A stretch of 64,000 bases of DNA from Tubulanus polymorphus (taxonomy: Eukaryota > Animalia > Nemertea): assembly GCF_964204645.1 (NCBI RefSeq), contig NC_134028.1:27276345-27340344 (forward strand), given 5' to 3'. The notes under the pieces were generated by a model. It was not told the DNA's origin. It saw only the letters and a program-made list of their open reading frames with translations, and did no database searches. Shown here in pieces: positions 53,901 through 64,000 of the stretch. Every line of letters starts with the position of its first letter. Position 1 is the stretch's first letter. The position numbers were made by a program, and so were the translations under genes.

Positions 53901-56900
53901 ATTAAGAATTTTCTGGCTATTTATGCTCCTGAAGATGATGGACTCGATCTGAAATGAAAGGTTAAGGTAAACTGAACTGATTTCGAGTAGATGGACTGAA
54001 AGATACAGATTTTTCTTGCAAAATAGGGTCCTAAAGATGATGAATTCTATCCTAATTGATGGGTTAGGGTGTACTGAACTGATTTCAAATAGATAGGTTG
54101 AAAGATTAAGAATTTTCTGGCTGCTTTTGGTTCTGAAGATGATGGATTCAATCTGAAAAGATGTGTTAAGGCGTATTGAACTGATTTCAAATAGATAGGT
54201 GGAAAGATTAAGAATTTTCTGGCTATTTATGCTCCTGAAGATGATGGACTCGATCTGAAATGATAGGTTAAGGTAGACTGAACTGATTTCGAGTAGAGGG
54301 ACTGAAAGATACAGATTTTTCTTGCAAAATAGGGTCCTAAAGATGATGAGTTTTATCTTAATTGATGGGTTAGGGTGTACTGAACTGATTTCAAATAGAT
54401 AGGTGGAAAGATTAAGAATTTTCTGGCTATTTATGCTCCTGAAGATGATGGACTCGATCTGAAATGATAGGTTAAGGTAAACTGAACTGATTTCGAGTAG
54501 ATGGACTGAAAGATACAGATTTTTCTTGCAAAATAGGGTCCTAAAGATGATGAAATCTATCTTAATTGATGGGTTAGGGTGTACTGAACTGATTTCAAAT
54601 AAATAGGTGTAAAGATTAAGAATTTTCTGGCTATTTATGCTCCTGAAGATGATGGACTCAATCTGAAAAGATGGGCTAAGGCGAATTGAACTGATTTCAA
54701 ATAGATAGGTGGAAAGATTAAGAATTTTCTGGCTATTTATGCTCCTGAAGATGATGGACTCGATCTGAAATGATAGGTTAAGGTAAACTGAACTGATTTC
54801 GAGCAGATGGACTGAAAGATACAGATTTTTCTTGCAAAATAGGGTCCTAAAGATGACGAATTCTATCTTAATTGATGGGTTAGGGTGAACTGAACTGATT
54901 TCAAATAGATAGGTTGAAAGAATCAGAATTTTCTGGCTGCTTTTGGTTCTGAAGATGATGGATTCAATCTGAAAAGATGTGTTAAGGCGTATTGAACTGA
55001 TTTCAAATAGATAGGTGGAAAGATTAAGAATTTTCTGGCTATTTATGCTCCTGAAGATGATGGACTCGATCTGAAATGATAGGTTAAGGTAAACTGAATT
55101 GATTTCGAGTAGATGGACTGAAAGATACAGATTTTTCTTGCAAAATAGGGTCCTAAAGATGATGAATTCTATCTTAATTGATGGGTTAGGGTGTACTGAA
55201 CTGATTTCAAATAGATAGGTTGAAAGAATCAGAATTTTCTGGCTGCTTTTGGTTCTGAAGATGATGGATTCAATCTGAAAAGATGTGTTAAGGCGTATTG
55301 AACTGATTTCAAATAGATAGGTGGAAAGATTAAGAATTTTCTGGCTATTTATGCTCCTGAAGATGATGGACTCGATCTGAAATGATAGGTTAAGGTAGAC
55401 TGAACTGATTTCGAGTGGATGGACTGAAAGATACAGATTTTTCTTGCAAAATGGGGTCCTAAAGATGATGAGTTCTAACTTAATTGATGGGTTAGGGTGA
55501 ACTGAACTGATTTCAAATAGATAGGTGGAAAGATTAAGAATTTTCTGGTTATTTATGCTCCTGAAGATGATGGACTCGATCTGAAATGAAAGGTTAAGGT
55601 AAACTGAACTGATTTCGAGTAGATGGACTGAAAGATACAGATTTTTCTTGCAAAATAGGGTCCTAAAGATGATGAATTCTATCTTAATTGATGGGTTAGG
55701 GTGTACTGAACTGATTTCAAATAGCTAGGTTGAAAGAATCAGAATTTTCTGGCTGCCTTTGGTTCTGAAGATGATGGACTCAATCTGAAAAGATGGGCTA
55801 AGGCGTATTGAACTGATTTCAAATAGATAGGTGTAAAGATTAAGAATTTTCTGGCTATTTATGCTCCTGAAGATGAAGGACTCGATCTGAAATGATAGGT
55901 TAAGGTAAACTGAACTGATTTCGAGTAGATGGACTGAAAGATACAGATTTTTCTTGCAAAATAGGGTCCTAAAGATGATGAAATCTATCTTAATTGATGG
56001 GTTAGGGTGTACTGAACTGATTTCAAATAAATAGGTGTAAAGATTAAGAATTTTCTGGCTATTTATGCTCCTGAAGATGATGGACTCAATCTGAAAAGAT
56101 GGGCTAAGGCGAATTGAACTGATTTCAAATAGATAGGTGGAAAGATTAAGAATTTTCTGGCTATTTATGCTCCTGAAGATGATGGACTCGATCTGAAATG
56201 ATAGGTTAAGGTAAACTGAACTGATTTCGAGCAGATGGACTGAAAGATACAGATTTTTCTTGCAAAATAGGGTCCTAAAGATGACGAATTCTATCTTAAT
56301 TGATGGGTTAGGGTGAACTGAACTGATTTCAAATAGATAGGTTGAAAGAATCAGAATTTTCTGGCTGCTTTTGGTTCTGAAGATGATGGATTCAATCTGA
56401 AAAGATGTGTTAAGGCGTATTGAACTGATTTCAAATAGATAGGTGGAAAGATTAAGAATTTTCTGGCTATTTATGCTCCTGAAGATGATGGACTCGATCT
56501 GAAATGATAGGTTAAGGTAAACTGAATTGATTTCGAGTAGATGGACTGAAAGATACAGATTTTTCTTGCAAAATAGGGTCCTAAAGATGACGAGTTCTAT
56601 CTTAATTGATGGGATAGGGTGTACTGAACTGATTTCAAATAGATAGGTGGAAAGAATCAGAATTTTCTGGCTGCTTTTGGTTCTGAAGATGATGGATTCA
56701 ATCTGAAAAGATGTGTTAAGGCGTATTGAACTGATTTCAAATAGATAGGTGGAAAGATTAAGAATTTTCTGGCTATCTATGCTCCTCAAGATGATGGACT
56801 CGATCTGAAATGATAGGTTAAGGTAGACTGAACTGATTTCGAGTAGATGGACTGAAAGATACAAATTTTTCTTGCAAAATAGGGTCCTAAAGATGATGAA

Positions 56901-59900
56901 TTCTATCTTAATTGATGGGTTAGGGTGAACTGAACTGATTTCAAATAGATAGGTGGAAAGATTAAGAATTTTCTGGCTATTTATGCTCCTGAAGATGATG
57001 GACTCGATCTGAAATGATAGGTTAAGGTAAACTGAACTGATTTCGAGTAGATGGACTGAAAGATACAGACTTTTCCTGCAAAATAGGGTCCTAAAGATGA
57101 TGAATTCTATCTTAATTGATGGGTTAGGGTGTACTGAACTGATTTCAAATAGATAGGTTGAAAGAATCAGAATTTTCTGGCTGCTTTTGGTTCTGAAGAT
57201 GATGGATACAATCTGAAAAGATGTGTTAAGGCGTATTGAACTGATTTCAAATAGATAGGTGGAAAGATTAAGAATTTTCTTGCTACTTATGCTCCTGAAG
57301 ATGATGGACTCGATCTGAAATGATAGGTTAAGGTAGACTGAACTGATTCTGAATAGATGGACTGAAAGATACAGATTTTTCTTGCAAAATAAGGTCCTAA
57401 AGATGATGAGTTCTATCTTAATTGATGGGTTAGGGTGTACTGAACTGATTTCAAATAGATAGGTCAAAAGATTAAGAATTTTCTGGCTATTTATGCTCCT
57501 GAAGATGATGGACTCGATCTGAAATGATAGGTTAAGGTAAACTGAACTGATTTCGAGTAGATGGACTGAAAGATACAGATTTTTCTTGCAAAATAGGGTC
57601 CTAAAGATGACGAGTTCTATCTTAAATGATGGGTTAGGGTGTACTGAACTGATTTCAAATAGATAGGTGGAAAGATTAAGAATTTTCTGGCTATTTATGC
57701 TCCTGAAGATGATGGACTCGATCTGAAATGATAGGTTAAGGTAAACTGAACTGATTTCGAGTAGATGGACTGAAAGATACAAATTTTTCTTGCAAAATAG
57801 GGTCCTAAAGATGATGAGTTCTATCTTAATTGATGGGTTAGGGTGTACTGAACTGATTTCAAATAGATAGGTGGAAAGATTAAGAATTTTCTGGCTATTT
57901 ATGCTCCTGAAGATGATGGACTCGATCTGAAATGATAGGTTAAGGTAAACTGAACTGATTTCGAGCAGATGGACTGAAAGATACAGATTTTTCTTGCAAA
58001 ATAGGGTCCTAAAGATGATGAATTCTATCTTAATTGATGGGTTAGGGTGAACTGAACTGATTTCAAATAGATAGGTGGAAAGAATCAGAATTTTCTGGCT
58101 GCCTTTGGTTCTGAAGATGATGGACTCAATCTGAAAAGATGGGCTAAGGCGTATTGAACTGATTTCAAATAGATAGGTGGAAAGATTAAGAATTTTCTGG
58201 CTATTTATGCTCCTGAAGATGATGGACTCGATCTGAAATGATAGGTTAAGGTAAACTGAACTTATTTCGAGTAGATGGACTGAAAGATACAGATTTTTCT
58301 TGCAAAATAGGGCCCTAAAGATGATGAATTCTATCTTAATTGATGGGTTAGGGTGTACTGAACTGATTTCAAATAGATAGGTGGAAAGATTAAGAATTTT
58401 CTGGTTATTTATGCTCCTGAAGATGATGGATTCGATCTGAAATGATAGGTTAAGGTAAACTGAACTTATTTCGAGTAGATGGACTGAAAGATACAGATTT
58501 TTCTTGCAAAACAGGGTCCTAAAGATGATGAATTCTATCTTAATTGATGATTTAAGGCGTATTGAACTGATTTCAAATAGATAGGTGGAAAGATTAAGAA
58601 TTTTCTGGCTATTTATGCTCCTGAAGATGATGGACTCGATCTGAAATGATAGGTTAAGGTAAACTGAACTGATTTCGAGTAGATGGACTGAAAGATACAA
58701 ATTTTTTTTGCAAAATAGGGTCCTAAAGATGATGAATTCTATCTTAATTGATGGGTTAGGGTGTACTGAACTGATTTCAAATAGATAGGTGGAAAGAATC
58801 AGAATTTTCTGGCTGCTTTTGGTTCTGAAGATGATGGATTCAATCTGAAAAGATGTGTTAAGGCGTATTGAACTGATTTCAAATAGATAGGTGGAAAGAT
58901 TAAGAATTTTCTGGCTATTTATGCTCCTGAAGATGATGGACTCGATCTGAAATGATAGGTTAAGGTAGACTGAACTGATTCTGAATAGATGGACTGAAAG
59001 ATACAGATTTTTCTTGCAAAATAGGGTCCTAAAGATGATGAGTTCTATCTTAATTGATGGGTTAGGGTGTACTGAACTGATTTCAAATAGATAGGTCGAA
59101 AGATTAAGAATTTTCTGGCTATTTATGCTCCTGAAGATGATGGACTCGATCTGAAATGATAGGTTAAGGTAAACTGAACTGATTTCGAGTAGATGGACTG
59201 AAAGATACAGATTTTTCTTGCAAAATAGGGTCCTAAAGATGATGAATTCTATCCTAATTGATGGGTTAGGGTGTACTGAACTGATTTCAAATAGATAGGT
59301 TGAAAGAATCAGAATTTTCTGGCTATTTATGCTCCTGAAGATGATGGACTCGATCTGAAATGATAGGTTAAGGTAAACTGAACTGATTTCGAGTAGATGG
59401 ACTGAAAGATACAGATTTTTCTTGCAAAATAGGGTCCTAAAGATGATGAATTCTATCTTAATTGATGGGTTAGGGTGTACTGAACTGATTTCAAATAGAT
59501 AGGTGGAAAGATTAAGAATCTTCTGGCTATTTATGCTCCTGAAGATGATGGACTCGATCTGAAATGATAGGTTAAGGTAAACTGAACTGATTTCGAGAAG
59601 ATGGACTGAAAGATACAGATTTTTCTTGCAAAATAGGGTCCTAAAGATGATGAGTTTTATCTTAATTGATGGGTTAAGGTGTACTGAACTGATTTCAAAT
59701 AGATAGGTGGAAAGATTAAGAATCTTCTGGCTATTTATGCTCCTGAAGATGATGGACTCGATCTGAAATGATAGGTTAAGGTAAACTGAACTGATTTCGA
59801 GAAGATGGACTGAAAGATACAGATTTTTCTTGCAAAATAGGGTCCTAAAGATGATGAATTCTATCTTAATTGATGGGTTAGGGTGTACTGAACTGATTTC

Positions 59901-62900
59901 AAATAGATAGGTTGAAAGAATCAGAATTTTCTGGCTGCTTTTGGTTCTGAAGATGATGGATTCAATCTGAAAAGATGTGTTAAGGCGTATTGAACTGATT
60001 TCAAATAGATAGGTGGAAAGATTAAGAATTTTCTGGCTATTTATGCTCCTGAAGATGATGGACTCGATCTGAAACGATAGGTTAAGGTAAACTGAACTGA
60101 TTTCGAGTAGATGGACTGAAAGATACAGATTTTTCTTGCAAAATAGGGTCCTAAAGATGATGAATTCTATCTTAATTGTTGGGTTAGGGTGTACTGAACT
60201 GATTTTCAATAGATTGGTTGAAAGATTCAGAAATTTCTGACTGCTTATACTTCTGAAGTTGATTGATTCAATCTGAAAAGATGGGTTAAGGCGGGTTGAA
60301 CTGATTTCAAATGGATAGGTGGAAAGATTAGGAATTTTCTGGCTATTTATGCTCCTGAAGATGATGAACTCGATCTGAAATGATAGGTTAAGGTAAACTG
60401 AACTGATTTCGAGTAGATGGACTGAAAGATACAGATTTTTCTTGCAAAATAGGGTCCTAAAGATGATGAATTCTATCTTAATTTATGGGTTAGGGTGAAC
60501 TGAACTGATTTCAAATAGATAGGTGGAAAGAATCAGAATTTTCTGGCTGCCTTTGGTTCTGAAGATGATGGACTCAATCTGAAAAGATGGGCTAAGGCGT
60601 ATTGAACTGATTTCAAATAGATAGGTGGAAAGATTAAGAATTTTCTGGCTATTTATGCTCCTGAAGATGATGGACTCGATCTGAAATGATAGGTTAAGGT
60701 AAACTGAACTGATTTCGAGTAGATGGACTGAAAGATACACATTTTTCTTGCAAAATAGGGTCCTAAAGATGATGAGTTCTATCTTAATTGATGGGTTAGG
60801 GTGTACTGAACTGATTTCAAATAGATAGGTGGAAAGATTAAGAATTTTCTGGCTATTTATGCTCCTGAAGATGATGGACTCGATCTGAAATGATAGGTTA
60901 AGGTAAACTGAACTGATTTCGAGCAGATGGACTGAAAGATACAGATTTTTCTTGCAAAATAGGGTCCTAAAGATGATGAATTCTATCTTAATTGATGGGT
61001 TAGGGTGAACTGAACTGGTTTCAAATAGATAGGTGGAAAGAATCAGAATTTTCTGGCTGCCTTTGGTTCTGAAGATGATGGACTCAATCTGATAAGATGG
61101 GCTAAGGCGTATTGAACTGATTTCAAATAGATAGGTGGAAAGATTAAGAATTTTCTGGCTATTTATGCTCCTGAAGATGATGGACTCGATCTGAAATGAT
61201 AGGTTAAGGTAAACTGAACTGATTTCGAGTAGATGGACTGAAAGATACAGATTTTTCTTGCAAAATAGGGTCCTAAAGATGATGAATTCTATCTTAATTG
61301 ATGGGTTAGGGTGTACTGAACTGATTTCAAATAGATAGGTGGAAAGATTAAGAATTTTCTGGTTATTTATGCTCCTGAAGATGATGGATTCGATCTGAAA
61401 TGATAGGTTAAGGTAAACTGAACTTATTTCGAGTAGATGGACTGAAAGATACAGATTTTTCTTGCAAAACAGGGTCCTAAAGATGATGAATTCTATCTTA
61501 ATTGATGGTTTAAGGCGTATTGAACTGATTTCAAATAGATAGGTGGAAAGATTCAGAATTTTCTGGCTATTTATGCTCCTGAAGATGATGGACTCGATCT
61601 GAAATGATAGGTTAAGGTAAACTGAACTGATTTCGAGTAGATGGACTGAAAGATACAAATTTTTTTTGCAAAATAGGGTCCTAAAGATGATGAATTCTAT
61701 CTTAATTGATGGGTTAGGGTGTACTGAACTGATTTCAAATAGATAGGTTGAAAGAATCAGAATTTTCTGGCTGCTTTTGGTTCTGAAGATGATGGATTCA
61801 ATCTGAAAAGATGTGTTAAGGCGTATTGAACTGATTTCAAATAGATAGGTGGAAAGATTAAGAATTTTCTGGCTATTTATGCTCCTGAAGATGATGGACT
61901 CGATCTGAAATGATAGGTTAAGGTAGACTGAACTGATTCTGAATAGATGGACTGAAAGATACAGATTTTTCTTGCAAAATAGGGTCCTAAAGATGATGAG
62001 TTCTATCTTAATTGATGGGTTAGGGTGTACTGAACTGATTTCAAATAGATAGGTCGAAAGATTAAGAATTTTCTGGCTATTTATGCTCCTGAAGATGATG
62101 GACTCGATCTGAAATGATAGGTTAAGGTAAACTGAACTGATTTCGAGTAGATGGACTGAAAGATACAGACTTTTCTTGCAAAATAGGGTCCTAAAGATGA
62201 TGAATTCTATCTTAATTGATGGGTTAGGGTGTACTGAACTGATTTCAAATAGATAGGTCGAAAGAATCAGAATTTTCTGGCTGCTTTTGGTTCTGAAGAT
62301 GATGGATACAATCTGAAAAGATGTGTTAAGGCGTATTGAACTGATTTCAAATAGATAGGTGGAAAGATTAAGAATTTTCTGGCTATTTATGCTCCTGAAG
62401 ATGATGGACTCGATCTGAAATGATAGGTTAAGGTAAACTGAACTGATTTCGAGTAGATGGACTGAAAGATACAGATTTTTCTTGCAAAATAGGGCCCTAA
62501 AGATGATGAATTCTATCTTAATTGATGGGTTAGGGTGAACTGAACTGATTTCAAATAGATAGGTGGAAAGAATCAGAATTTTCTGGCTGCCTTTGGTTCT
62601 GAAGATGATGGACTCAATCTGAAAAGATGGGCTAAGGCGTATTGAACTGATTTCAAATAGATAGGTGGAAAGATTAAGAATTTTCTGGCTATTTATGCTC
62701 CTGAAGATGATGGACTCGATCTGAAATGATAGGTTAAGGTAAACTGATCTGATTTCGAGTAGATGGACTGAAAGATACAAATTTTTCTTGCAAAATAGGG
62801 TCCTAAAGATGATGAATTCTATCTTAATTGATGGGTTAGGGTGTACTGAACTGATTTCAAATAGATAGGTTGAAAGAATCAGAATTTTCTGGCTGCTTTT

Positions 62901-64000
62901 GGTTCTGAAGATGATGGATTCAATCTGAAAAGATGTGTTAAGGCGTATTGAACTGATTTCAAATAGATAGGTGGAAAGATTAAGAATTTTCTGGCTATTT
63001 ATGTTCCTGAAGATGATGGACTCGATCTGAAATGATAGGTTAAGGTAGACTGAACTGATTCTGAATAGATGGACTGAAAGATACAGATTTTTCTTGCAAA
63101 ATAAGGTCCTAAAGATGATGAGTTCTATCTTAATTGATGGGTTAGGGTGTACTGAACTGATTTCAAATAGATAGGTGGAAAGATTAAGAATTTTCTGGCT
63201 ATTTATGCTCCTGAAGATGATGGACTCGATCTGAAATGATAGGTTAAGGTAAACTGAACTGATTTCGAGTAGATGGACTGAAAGATACAGACTTTTCTTG
63301 CAAAATAGGGCCCTAAAGATGATGAATTCTATCTTAATTGATGGGTTAGGGTGTACTGAACTGATTTCAAATAGATAGGTTGAAAGAATCAGAAATTTCT
63401 GGCTGCTTTTGGTTCTGAAGATGATGGATACAATCTGAAAAGATGTGTTAAGGCGTATTGAACTGATTTCAAATAGATAGGTGGAAAGATTAAGAATTTT
63501 CTGGCTATTTATGCTCCTGAAGATGATGGACTCGATCTGAAATGATAGGTTAAGGTAAACTGAACTGATTTCGAGCAGATGGACTGAAAGATACAGATTT
63601 TTCTTGCAAAATAGGGCCCTAAAGATGATGAATTCTATCTTAATTGATGGGTTAGGGTGAACTGAACTGATTTCAAATAGATAGGTGGAAAGAATCAGAA
63701 TTTTCTGGCTGCCTTTGGTTCTGAAGATGATGGACTCAATCTGAAAAGATGGGCTAAGGCGTATTGAACTGATTTCAAATAGATAGGTGGAAAGATTAAG
63801 AATTTTCTGGCTATTTATGCTCCTGAGGATGATGCACTCGATCTGAAATGATAGGTTAAGGTAGACTGAACTGATTTCGAGTAGATGGACTGAAAGATAC
63901 AGATTTTTCTTGCAAAATAGGGTCCTAAAGATGATGAATTCTATCTTAATTGATGGGTAAGGGTGTACTGAACTGATTTCAAATAGATAGGTTGAAAGAA
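32914..64000. repeat. Large tandem satellite-like array, 102-bp monomer, three variants (A,B,C) in 306-bp (ABC) and 204-bp higher-order repeats; runs off the window end
   Basis: The (G/A)AAGATGATG anchor recurs every 102 bp (e.g. 33965 to 34067). Variants: A gaagatgatggactcgatctgaaatg..., B aaagatgatgaattctatcttaattg..., C gaagatgatggattcaatctgaaaag.... Abrupt start at ~32901-32914. Confidence 0.97.
46770..64000 (-). CDS. Putative 34-aa-repeat reading frame within the array (ORF-track pieces 46734-53666, 55725-60209, 60483-62780); coding status unresolved
   Basis: All three ORF pieces start in the same frame; I see only two point nonsense changes (55725, 60483) and no frameshift over ~17 kb. 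Against coding: I/L/S/F-rich, almost no A/G/D/M, no recognisable domain, and several frameshifts in 33-47 kb. Confidence 0.2.

Noticed and set aside
32914-64000. TPR interpretation of the 34-aa period; CRISPR array; telomere
   Set aside because: No TPR small-residue (A/G) pattern, no unique spacers, and only a single GGGTTAGGG per higher-order unit

Overview
This is AT-rich animal (probably invertebrate) genomic DNA with no confidently identifiable protein-coding gene. It has two compartments. (1) 1-~32.9 kb is a mosaic of recent local segmental duplications. It carries several MITEs (two with empty paralogous sites), a tRNA-headed element fused to TTAGGG repeats, a tRNA-like A/B-box tandem array, an L2/CR1 LINE 3' end, micro/minisatellites and sets of canonical-looking exons without coding capacity. 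(2) ~32.9 kb to the window end is a >31 kb tandem array of a 102-bp monomer in three variants, organised into 306/204-bp higher-order repeats and 0.9-3 kb super-repeats. One minus-strand frame of the array is open for thousands of codons (34-aa repeat). Whether this is a giant repeat protein or a by-product of a satellite is the main open question. All calls were made by eye; no searches were run.
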